Source: Glycera tridactyla | Taxonomy: Eukaryota | Reading direction: 5' to 3' | Length of the DNA: 64,000 nt | Assembly (NCBI GenBank): GCA_965644265.1 | Contig: OZ286476.1 | Span: 18,848,001 to 18,912,000 of the forward strand | Shown: one piece after another, positions 13,860-24,798 of the stretch | Layout: every line of letters begins with the position of its first letter | Numbering within the stretch: the stretch's first letter is position 1 | The notes under the pieces: generated by a model | Told to the model about the DNA's origin: nothing | The model's database searches: none | Seen by the model: only the letters and a program-made list of their open reading frames with translations | Made by a program: the position numbers and the translations under genes

Positions 13860-14130
13860 AACCATTGCCAACTGACCCTACGGAGAGGGGTTTCATCTGT
13901 CGTTGATAATTGTATTATCAAAATATCTTCGATGCCGTCAGTCACTTCTTCAACCTCTCAACATATTGCATGGAAATTCATATGTAATCCCCTTACGTCA
14001 CAACGTCAATTTCAATTGACATTTCATTTGACAGCCATTTCGAGGAAGTTCGATCGGATGAAGATATTCTTTCATTTTCGAGCTATGTCGCTGAGAGTTC
14101 TTCGACGAATTCAAGTTTTTACTACATGAT
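13860..14130 (-). pseudogene. Possible further TIR remnant (duplicate ~56150-56420)
   Basis: ISSSDRTSSKWLSNEM and DGIEDILIIQL resemble TIR S..F..S.WC..E and D.LILI motifs; weak. Confidence 0.28.
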
Positions 14131-15289
14131 TTCCAGTCATGATTACCATAGGTACAGAGCTTTGCATCATCCTTTTGTTGAAAGTAGTGGAGTGAGCTTG
14201 TGAATCTTGCTGAACAGATATGTATGAGAAACTAATTACCATCACGATTACATGAGGATCGTTCCCATCGGCCCTCAGCTTGAAATTACTGATAGTGAAT
14301 GGTTCGAATGGAATGACGCTTTGGCTTTCCTTTCTCCAATTCCGTCTTCTTCGGGCCACCATGGTTTATTCCGTAATTCGAGGACCAGGCATTTGAATCG
14401 TGACTGATGCTTTTGTGACACATGACAAAGTGCCTCCAATGGACTATGGCACTCGGCCTACGGAGTACATTGGTGTATGAAATGTGTGCTTCCATCATTT
14501 CACATGACCGCAGGTGATTTTTGTGAATATTTTTTCTACTATATCTCTATCGTCAATGACCCACTGCATTCATGCAAATGGTAATGCGTCGATTCTTAGT
14601 CCTATATCCCTAAAAGTTGATCTGTTGAATCATAGTATTCTTTTGGGAATTCAGTTCAAGACTAGTTTCTTTTGTTTGTTTGTTTGTTAGTTTGGGGTTC
14701 AATGGCATGTTTCAACCTAGATGATTATGTATGCCATGTGTTCATGGTCAATGAAAGCCGGATTTTCTCTGCCCTGCACACATCACTCTCACACATCCTG
14801 AACACAAGATGATGAGGAAGCTGAAAGGTTGTCGAGTGGAAGTAGCTGAGGGTTCATACAAAAATCTAACCTCCGATACACAAAAGGGCATATTGAATCT
14901 GATGATGGCATAACTAATTATGTGACGGGCTGGAAGCTTATACTGAAACGAGTGAAGCTTCACAAACATAGGGCACCTATCATTGTGAGGCTGGATAATT
15001 GTTCAAGACCAGCTTCCATCTTTTATCCAGATTGGGCTCAGGACACAGTGTATGTGACACAGAGGCTGAGTATCCGAGGCTTGCATCTATTACCAATGGA
15101 CGAGTGGAGTGTCTCCTTTTGGTGGTGGAAACAATGAGAGTATAGTAAATTCTCATGGTCGAATGAGCCTAATTTTGTCCTTAAGTACCAAAATGAGCTA
15201 ACTGGAAGTTACCACATGTAAGGAATGTCATATGCCTCATCATATCAACCTTATCTTCATCGAAATGGTTCATAGTATCAACCATAGCT

Positions 15290-15482
15290 CATCTCTATTC
15301 CTCACCTACCCCTAGGTGTGTACATAGCCATACTGAATCTAACCAACCATTTTACTCTTTCTGTCGCCTATGTGTATATACGTTTACCTGTTATTATTTC
15401 CTTCGACCACACCTGCATGTAATATGATATATATCCATGCTATCTGTGAATAAAGTATTTTCAATTCGATTCAATTCAAACA
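15290..15482 (+). mobile_element. Possible 3' end of an old non-LTR retroelement (duplicate ~57580-57750)
   Basis: aataaa followed by a ttcaattcgattcaattcaaa short-repeat tail; no convincing ORF upstream. Confidence 0.3.
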
Positions 15483-15829
15483 CAGACAGCTCACTTCCAA
15501 TCAGTTCGATAAATCTTCATTCACGAGAGCAAGATGACATAGTCGTATCAGTTGCTCCAGTGGACGAACGAACTAAAATATAACACAGGAAGATAAACTT
15601 CATGAAGGACTAGAGGGTATTATCATCTCTCTTTTCATCTGCACTTTCTACCGAAATTATTCTATCAGCAAGTCCTTTGTTCTCCACATTTAATATATTC
15701 CTCTATGTACATGAATCTCCGAAGGAATCCCGATTGATGTAGGTAGTTGATGGATCGTCTTTAGCTGTAGTGGCACCACATGCAAGGCAGACACCAGTCA
15801 CATGAGCACAGACTTACTGAGGCATCAAC

Positions 15830-16970
15830 CAGGTTTGCTAAGAGGTGTGAGAGCGTATTACACATAGTATAGGCCGAAACTTGTTGTAAAGATGGTTTTA
15901 CTGATAATTAGGAAGTTCGAGATCATAACTTATGCAAATCACCCTCAGAGAGGATATGATAATAGAGCTGAACCTTCGCTCATTAGTTTTCTAGTTTCCA
16001 TGGTAACTAATCTCACTATTATACAAACCTCAGAGGTCGACGATGTATGGGTATATTAACGTCAAGGTCTGGTGGTCTATACCTCTGAGGCATAGACCAC
16101 CTTTTACACTTTTAAAGAGATAGTCAACATTCTATAGCATCACAAAATCGGTCATCTATCATTAAATGGAGACGTTTGTCAGGGCAGTATTTGGGCGGTG
16201 AATCTCGACTAGATGCGCTGCCCGTATAAGGCCGAGTTCTACATAGGACCCTGGCAAGTCATGGTCTCGTATGAGACTCATCCTTATGTTGGCAGTGATT
16301 CCAACACTGCCCATGTAAGACGCTGACAGGTGTTCCACAGTACAGCAATATTGTTATCCTGAATGGTGGTGATGATGGTGTTGAGGGTGCACTGCTGGTG
16401 TACATCAAGCACAAAGTTATGAGAGAGGCACATCTCACAGTAGTATCACGTTTCGATGATGATGATCATGCAAATCAATGAATATCAGTGGGAAAGAATG
16501 GAGCAAGGGCCTAAACGGTTGTGTTTGGCAGATGGCAATGACCTATCACCCGTTGTATACACCCTGTTTCTGTACAGCCATACGTTCTCCCCACTAATTC
16601 AAAGGAGGTCATGTTTGATGAAGATGTCTTATCTGATGGTATCAGGAGCGAGTTGAAGCCAGATATCGGCCTTTTGACCCCTGCTCCATGTAAACAAGGT
16701 CCCATGATGGCAGTATCATATGATATACAGTGATTAATCAGAAGGCAGAAAAGCACGTAGGAAAGCCTACATCCCAGTGATACCGAAGATGTTGTTATCT
16801 TATATGTGGATAGAGCCTGATTGCGCATGCTGGACATGGCATTTGTGCCTGTGTCGCATATCATCTGCTTATCAATTCAGACACACGTACCAAGAATCGA
16901 GCTACGAATCAAGCTTAGCCTAGTATGTGATGATGATGAAGATTTGCTGGATGCAATTACTTTTCATTCA
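15830..16970 (+). pseudogene. Decayed LRR-TM-TIR (TLR-like) remnant
   Basis: PGLLRGV and SFHGN (LRR-like); hydrophobic LLS*MVVMMVL/ALLVYIKHK; then VVSRFDDDDH, ERMEQGPKRLCLADGNDLSP (box-2-like), ESLHPSDTEDVVILYVD and KLSLVCDDDEDLLDAI in TIR order. Confidence 0.5.
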
Positions 16971-18039
16971 TTTTGTAGTTCATTACTGGGCAAACATATA
17001 AAAAAAGGGAAAAATGCATGTCTCCGAATATGTTTTATTGCTAGCCAGATTTGGAAAGTTTATAGAATTACGCCATGAATAAAGTAAAAATATAGACAAA
17101 TTCGAGAAAGCCTTCAATATCGCCAGACCTACCCACTCAAACTTTTCGAGTTATCATCTTAAGTCATCATTCACTCACCCACCCACTCAAGCACACAAAG
17201 CCACCAACTAACACCAGGGGCAATCAGAAAAGTTTTACCCTTTGGTGTTTACACACATCGGGGAATATAAATGATGCAGTATTTGTTTGAAGGACAGTGA
17301 TACAGGTATCTAGGATGGTGGGCAAGTGATCATTTTGTGTGATGCCATAGGTGCCTGTCAAAAAAACAGAAAAAAACTCCCTGGTACATCCTCAAGCATG
17401 GTTACATTAGAGTTGTTGATATGGGTCATGTCATATGCAATCACGTGTCATCATCTCGTAACATTTGTATATATATAACAAGTCGTCATCCTGAAATAGG
17501 ATGTATTGCTCCTAAATGTTATGGCGAATGAAAATGTTGTTAATTTAATTGAATTAAATCGAATAGTTGAGAAACGCTTATGCATGAGTTGGTTGCCATG
17601 GGGAATATCTCACTGAATGCTCATTATCGAATTGTGAGTTGTTACCCTGCATTTTCTTCACATGTACTGTTTGGTGATGTCTTGCTATACTGCATTTGTA
17701 TAAAGGTCTTTTGGACTCAAAGGGAAGGAAAGAATCTTTGATCTTTCCCCGGCGGGTGTAAAGAAAGTTTTTCAAATTCAAATTCGAAATTCAAACTCAA
17801 CACAATCTGGCAATCAGGGTGATACTGAGAACACATGGTCAGTGATGTGCTCGATATGCTAATATAATAGACCTAGCTGCAGATCAGATAGGTGCACCCA
17901 CATTTCCTGCACTGTAATATAACTGAGGAGACACGACCACACAGAGTCAGATAGGTAAAATGGTTACAGAAAGTATGGTGCCTAAATTGACAAGGGGCCA
18001 AGCTGTAGTCATCTGCTCGTCGACAAACATCCACACCTC

Positions 18040-18450
18040 TTGTAGTGCTTTACAAGTCTGGTATATTCAGCAAGTTCAACCGACTTCAAAAAACCATTCC
18101 TCTGCAGGCCTGTTCAAGCTTGAGACTGCCTCATCTCCCCAGAGAGTAAACAACACTGACGCAGTATTGTTGACTGCAATAGCTAAGTGCTCTGAAATCA
18201 CGGTCACTGCTTATGTGCCAAGTACTGGTTCACACCTGGGTGAAGTGAAGTTGTGGAGTACAGAAGTTCCACTCAGTTACATCCTCACAGAAGTGCCTCC
18301 TCAGATAGAAGTGGAAATCATACAGATCTGTGTAATGGTGAAGGTCTGGCATGGGAGGGGTGCCATGTCCATGTTGGTCACCTATCTGAGGAGGAGTCCT
18401 GCTCACAGTTGTAAACAGTGCTGCCAATGGGAACCAGTGTCTGCTCCTAC
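18040..18450 (+). repeat. Conserved element Z, copy 2
   Basis: Same core motifs, in the opposite orientation. Confidence 0.85.
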
Positions 18451-19126
18451 CTGCCACTTAAATCTGAATCATCAGGTGATTATTCCCTTGAAGTAAGCCC
18501 ATGAGCATGTCCAAGAGCCAGCCTATAGAAAGCCTAGTGAGCAGATTGTGAGCCGGTTGTGAGCACGTTCAATGGTACTCATTGCTCAGTGTTATTATCC
18601 ACCAACCATATCTGACAGATAATGTGATGGCTATCTATGGTGTGTGCCCTGCTTGCCAATTCACAAATATGGCATCTTGATTGGCTTGTCGATCGTACTC
18701 TGCCTACAGTATACCAACCCCGAAGGTATTGAGATGAATATATCTGACTGTTCTGTTATGTAGGTACAAACGAAATGATAGTATTGGTAGAATTGATAAT
18801 CATATATATTACCAGAAAGTAAAGGTAGAGTGCAGGCCATTCAGTTGCAAGGCGATGCGTATCATTTGTGAGTGTGGGGGCTGGGGAGGGCTGGGGTCCA
18901 GAGTTCGACGTTTTCAAGCTCCGACATGGTTTTACATTGATTTAAATAATAATAATAATGATAATGATGATAATAATAATAATGACAATAAAGATTGTGA
19001 TAATAGACATCCTAATAATGAAAATGTAGCCAGAAAAATAAGCAGAAAAAAAGTCGCAGGAAAAGTCGTTTCACAGTTGAGAGTTGAGAAGGGGCACAGT
19101 TAAGGGGCCTTCACACATCAGGCGGC

Positions 19127-19173
19127 TGATGATGATAATGCTGATGATGATGATGATGATGATGGTGTTGTTC

Positions 19174-19205
<32 letters not shown>

Positions 19206-19277
19206 GAAGGTGGTGGTGGTGGTGGTAGTGTTGGTGTTGGGGGTGTTGGTGGTGGTGGTGTTGTTGGTGGTGTTGAT
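19127..19277. repeat. Compound (GAT)/(GTT)/(GGT) microsatellite running into an N-run
   Basis: Directly visible. Confidence 0.95.
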
Positions 19278-19592
19278 NNNNNNNNNNNNNNNNNNNNNNN
19301 NNNNNNNNNNNNNNNNNNNNNNNNNNNNNNNNNNNNNNNNNNNNNNNNNNNNNNNNNNNNNNNNNNNNNNNNNNNNNNNNNNNNNNNNNNNNNNNNNNNN
19401 NNNNNNNNNNNNNNNNNNNNNNNNNNNNNNNNNNNNNNNNNNNNNNNNNNNNNNNNNNNNNNNNNNNNNNNNNNNNNNNNNNNNNNNNNNNNNNNNNNNN
19501 NNTCCCTATGACCGCCAGCAGATGGCATTGACATCGCACTGAGGGCTTCACAACTGAACGGCTACAGCCACACCACCTGGAGAGAACTGCCG

Positions 19593-19782
19593 ATCTATCT
19601 GTACCATTTCTCCCTCAAATTAAGCATTCCCCAGGCCGATAGGCCTGCCACGAATTATAAATATCAAAAATATATATAAGATATATATTTATAGGAGTGC
19701 TACCTCTCGTCCGCCGATAAGTTGCGCCAGATGGCGCTATAACCGGAAGTTGCGTCCGCAACCATAACAAACTGTGTATTCT
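19593..19782 (+). repeat. DIRS left inverted terminal repeat
   Basis: 19602-19782 is the exact reverse complement of 27539-27719 (181 bp, no mismatch by manual comparison). The outermost bases differ (gatctatCTGtacc vs gatctatACTtacc), as expected for non-identical DIRS termini. Confidence 0.95.
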
Positions 19783-20030
19783 TCAATTTCGCCTCTTCCG
19801 AGAGCTTGTTGAATACCCGGGCTGAGGAATTTCGCTATTTATCGACTTTTCTCAGGGCCTGTGCGCGAATTGTTTAGGAATAATTATTCCTTGTTATTCA
19901 CGGATTGTATACGTATATTCATTGTATAGTATAGCCTGAGCATTATTGAAGTTTGACCGTTTTTGTCGTAGCATAACGGGAGCGTGACTCGGCCTTATCG
20001 GCTGGCGTTGACAGCGGCAGCGGGGTTACC

Positions 20031-20532
20031 GGTATCAGGACGACCGACCGACTCGCCAACCGACCGCCGCTTTTCGCTAGTCAACCGACCGACCTTATTT
20101 CTTTTGGATTGACAGTTACCAGACACGCTAGTCAACTTTGATGCTAGATATTTCAGCAACTGCTTGACATACAATGAAGGCGAACATGCGATTGTAAAGA
20201 ACACAACTGGTAGATTCCCCGATCAAAGTTTCATAATTTTTCAATGTGTTTATCACCTCCAAATACGAGTGCAAATATACAATTTCACGGCAAACTTTTG
20301 CCATTGCGGCAGCGATCTCCCGGTGATGGATTCTCACACAGAACGCTGCCATTTGCGATCTTTATAACACAAAATGTGTGTAAACGATCGTTTTCTGACA
20401 GGTTATGATGGTTACTGGTGAAAGTTGATGTATTTATGGTTGTATATCGACCAGGATTCGGTGTTGAGTGGCGGTCGGTTGACTGGTGAAAAGCGGCGGT
20501 CGGTTGGCGAGTCGGTCGGTTGACATGTAATC
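20031..20532. mobile_element. MITE-like 502-bp insertion inside the DIRS leader
   Basis: Flanked by the 8-bp direct repeat gggttacc (20023-20030 and 20533-20540). Subterminal inverted repeats 20043-20091 / 20472-20520 (49 bp, 2 mismatches) lie 12 nt in from each end. An uninterrupted version of the site occurs at ~20785-20830. Confidence 0.6.
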
Positions 20533-21010
20533 GGGTTACCTTGCGCGGTCTCGGATTCCCGGGATCGTTCCGCCCTAGCGTTTATGTTGTTGTCACGTAC
20601 GGGGATATTTTCTCTTATGTTGTTCAATTTGAAACTACAATAGACGTCTATCAGTTTCATTTCATGTTCGTGTAGCGTCCGATTCGGTTCCGTCAGTCTC
20701 TAGTCATATGATGTCCGGTTAATACGCATTTGTCATAGGTCCGGTCCGGTCTCTGAGAGTAGATGTCCGGCCGGCCAGACACGGGCGTTGTCAGCGGCGG
20801 CGGTCCGGTGGGGTTACCTTGCGCGGTCTCGAATTCACGTAGTCCCGGGATCGTTCCGCCCTAGCGTCTACGTTGTTCAAAATGAGACAACCAGAGAGAT
20901 AGTCAAGTACGAATGTTGTTCAATTTGAAACTACAATAGTCCGGTTAATACGCATTTGTCATAGATCCGGTCCGGTCTCAGTCAGTCGAGGGTTGATGTC
21001 CGGCCGGCCG
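20533..21010 (+). repeat. Imperfect direct repeats in the DIRS leader
   Basis: gggttaccttgcgcggtctc...cccgggatcgttccgccctagcg at 20533 and ~20812; atgttgttcaatttgaaactacaatag at ~20617 and ~20913; gtccggttaatacgcatttgtcata at ~20712 and ~20939. Confidence 0.85.
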
Positions 21011-21130
21011 GGTGTCGGTGGTCCGGGTGCTCCTATGTCCGGTTTTCAAGCATGCCCAAATTGAACGTTAGTAGTATACGAGGTGGCGTCTTGCTCCCCT
21101 AGTAGTGTATAAGGTTGCATTTGAACCTCA

Positions 21131-21544
21131 TAGTAGTATAGTATATTCGGTTCACCTCAACTGTTCATCTGTTATAGAACTGTTGTCCTATATGATCATC
21201 AACAATGAAGATGTGATTAGTTGTCACTTGCTGGTGGGAAAATGACCTTTGATCTGTGATTAACCACAGGTGTATGTTCCGAAATGACGGCTTGCCTGTC
21301 TGTGATTTTCATACGCTTACACCTCAGCAATGTGTAGCAATAGTAGTATAGTATATTCGGTTCACCTCAACTGTTCATCTGTTATAGAACTGTTGTCCTA
21401 TATGATCATCAACAATGAAGATGTGATTAGTTGTCACTTGCTGGTGGGAAAATGACCTTTGGTCTGTGATTAACCACAGGTGTATGTTCCGAAATGACGG
21501 CTTGCCTGTCTGTGATTTTCATACGCTTACACCTCAGCAATGTG
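21131..21544 (+). repeat. 210-bp tandem duplication in the DIRS leader
   Basis: The block starting tagtagtatagtatattcgg occurs at 21131 and 21341; one substitution was seen within the repeated block. Confidence 0.95.
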
Positions 21545-21736
21545 ATATATGTGTGTGTTAGGATTGAATGAACAGCCATACATCATGTCCAGTCTGACAC
21601 ATCAGTAAAATCGTTGTGTCTGGCTGAATCAGTTGTCCTATTGTGTTTCCAATATCAGCAACTCCGGTATTGTCTGCCTGCTACTACGCTACCAATTGCT
21701 TGAGTCACGCTGCATATCGCTTATACGGTCCCTATA

Positions 21737-24700
21737 ATGTCTGTGAACCCAAACCAAAAGAAGGGCTCATGTGGCCACTTCATGGCCAAGTGGGACAACC
21801 ACCTCTCATGTCCCTCTTGTAGGTTGTGTGGGAAAAATCCAGACCCTATTACCAATGCTCAGGTTACATGTGATATCTGCAAGTTGTGGTCCGCTGATCA
21901 GTGGGCTTAGCATCATAGCAGAACTTTCTCGTCCAAGAAACAAAGATCTTCTTCTGTCTCTTCTTCCGCATCTTCTAAGAAGGTTCCTATATTGACTTCA
22001 GTTGAGGCAGTAAAATCGCCTCCAAGCAATGTAACTGTTAGGAAAGGAGAGCCGTTGGGAGTTCCAGTCATTGAACCCATAGATCCTGTCAGTCCGGGGA
22101 GGATTGACAAGTCCGAGGCAGGACTTAATGTGTCCGACAGTTCGCCTGTTCGGTCCAATGAGGATCTTCATGACCCAGAGCCGGAGAGCTTGATTGAGGG
22201 TCAAGATATGGGTCACGTAGAGATCACGAGTGAGGATTGTGGAGGTTCACAGTCCGAGGTTTCTTCTGTCCGGTTTGGACAGCCTATGAAGAATCCTCAA
22301 AAGGTTGATAAACCATTGGTTGATGTTTCAGATAGACCTGGGAAACAGGATAGTGTTCCAAATAAACCTTCAACCGCGGTTAGGAACCTGACCCCTATGA
22401 AGATTAGTCGTCCTGTGGCTGGGTCGGCTATCGTTAGAAAGAGCCATAGTCCGGTTGGGCGGATACCCAGTCCGGCTAGGCAGTCTAGGTCTTCAAGAAG
22501 ACGCAGTCCGGGGCCCAGGCGGGCCGATTACTCCAGGTGGAGTCCGGATAGTCGTCGCCATAGTCCGGTTGGGTGGATACCCAGTCCGGCTAGGCAGTCT
22601 AGGTCTTCAAGAAGACGCAGTCCGGGGCCCAGGCGGGCCGATCACTCCAGGTGGAGTCCGGATAGGCGTCGCCATAGGAGTAGATCCTATTCTAGGCGCT
22701 CTCACTCTAGAAGATATTCTAGGTCACGCTCATCTTCTGTAGACAGCTATAGACACCGTCGAAGGTCACGTAGTAAATCTACGAGGAGACATAGACATAG
22801 AGCTCGTTCTAGCTATAGTACATCTCGTTCTAGGTCGAGAGGTCATTCTAGGTCCAGGTCTAGGAGATCAGGAACTTATCGACGTAGTTCTTCTAGGTCG
22901 AGGTCTAGAGCAGTGTCTAGGGTTACTATTCCTACTCCTGTCATGGTTCCAAGACGTAGGACTATTACAAGACCTCCTTTACCTAAACAAACATCTCAGG
23001 TTCCAATACCGAGATCTTCTTTCATTACTCCTCCGTTGCTACCTGAATGTCAAGGAGTCGACTTATCTTTAGGGATGAATGAAACCCCTGTAGATTATGA
23101 TGAAGAGGAGTCTTATGATTGTTTTGTTTCAGGTCAAAATCAGTTACCCGTTAGTCAGGTAACGGCACTTGACGTTGATCTAGCACAACCTCGGTTTCCT
23201 CTTGATAATGGCTTGAGAGATGATAGTGCACAGAACATCACACAGGGTGCAACTCAAACTTTAGAGGATAGGAGGAGAAAACTTGAAGCTGAGCTAGCCA
23301 ATGTCAGAAACCTGATGAGTCAGAATAGTTCTCCTGCTCTAGCGAATAGTTCTGGTGAAGCTCCAGGAGCAGATCAGTTCAGGGATGTTTCCCCAATCAG
23401 AAAGAGACCAGCGTCTCACACGTTTGAAAGTACCTCAGACAAGAAGAGACGTAAACAAACTCCACATACTGCATCCGCTCCAGATCAGATAGCAGTCATG
23501 AACCCTCAACCGCCTCAATCACCTTTTAGAGTCCAGACTGATTTGAATGATAGGAATGAGGATGAGTTAGCCAGAGAGGCTAAACTACAAGCTATGGAAG
23601 CTCCATCCAGTTGTTAGTCACAAGACTAGATAAGAAGGACTCGGAGGACAAGGATAAAGGGTCTGAATCCGACAGTGAATCTGATGGAGAGCCAGATAAG
23701 CCAGCTATCAGACGCAGGCTTAAGAATTTTCGTCGCTTTGCTATGGAGGTTCTTCCAACATATGTCACTATTCCAAATGCAGCAGAGCTTTATGGTATTG
23801 GGGTAGGAGTCAGGAAATTAGATGCTTCATTTATAGCAGAGAACCTTTCCAAAGAGGTATCCCATGTCACAGAGTCATCTTTGCCCTTGTCAGACCTTTT
23901 GATCACGGGTCAAGAGATCTTAGACCGTAATTTACAAGGCAAGGAGAGGGATGAGGATCCGCAAGATGTGAAAACACCCTTGGAAGATTTCTTGGTGGGT
24001 TCTAGTGGGTTACAGGAAGCAAATATAGAATATTTCAAGTCTACTGTACCTAGAATTTTTGGCTCGAATCCCAAGTCTTATGAGACCAGAAAGACCGGGA
24101 ACAAATCAAGAAAGTATTAAGTCAAAGCCCCTGTTATTGACCCTGATTATGGCAACTACGGTTCAGCTCCAAAACATGAAACAAAACCGTCGAATGACGA
24201 GATGATGTTACGTGAAGCCCTTAAGGTTGTCAGTTACGCGGATTTGGCATTGGCTACGGGTCTATGCGCCGCTGATATGACTGACGAGGATGTTCCTGAT
24301 GTCAGAAATCAGGCCAAGGAAGCTGTTAGAGTCGGCTTGAGAGCCGTAGAGCATGTAGCACTCCTTGTATTGAAAGTGGCAGGGAATATGGAACTGTCCC
24401 GCAGGACAGCTGCCATCAATCTTTACCTTTTGATGAGGACACCAAAGCGCAGCTACGTGTCCTTCCTTTGGGTCAGGAACAACTCTTCGGGGGCAAGTTA
24501 CGTGAGGCCTCAAAGAAGGCTGCTGAAGTAGGCCGTACTGGTAGGGAACTGGCTTCCGATTTCAAGGGTCAGGTCCTAAGTTCTTCTTCCTTCCATTATA
24601 ACCAGACGGGAGGTTCGACTTCCAAGTCTGGGAAGAAACGAGGAGGACAGAAGTCTAGAGGCCGAGGCCGTGGAAGAGGAGGCCGTGGTAGGGGTAGAGG

Positions 24701-24797
24701 TGAAGGGTCTGCAGGTCAGTCACAGAACCAAACACCTCCCAAGACTGGATTTAAGGTTACGTTCCCGAAATCGCGAGGACGGGGCAAGAAGCCCTAG
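21737..24797 (+). pseudogene. gag: DIRS ORF1 (gag-like), disrupted
   Basis: ATG at 21737 opens a Cys/His-rich N-terminus (CGHFMAKWDNHLSCPSCRLC...CDICKLW). Lesions: in-frame TAG 21908-21910, frameshift near 23610, in-frame TAA 24118-24120, frameshift near 24425. Contains an RS-rich middle and the C-terminal RR..AINL/PFDEDTKAQLRVLPLGQEQLFG block, which resembles DIRS gag ends. Confidence 0.85.
22443..22677 (+). repeat. 114-bp (38-codon) tandem duplication in the gag RS-rich region
   Basis: gccatag recurs at 22443, 22557 and 22671; the peptide HSPVG(R/W)IPSPARQSRSSRRRSPGPRRAD(Y/H)SRWSPD occurs twice. Confidence 0.95.
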
Positions 24798-24798
24798 G

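Noticed and set aside
16249-16325. PWQV...TAH resembling a trypsin N-terminus
   Set aside because: Lacks CGG and TAAHC, the paralog reads PCQV, and it lies inside the better-supported TLR-like remnant.
22443-22677. Regularly spaced repeats as a possible CRISPR-like array
   Set aside because: Contiguous in-frame tandem duplication with no unique spacers, in eukaryotic DNA.
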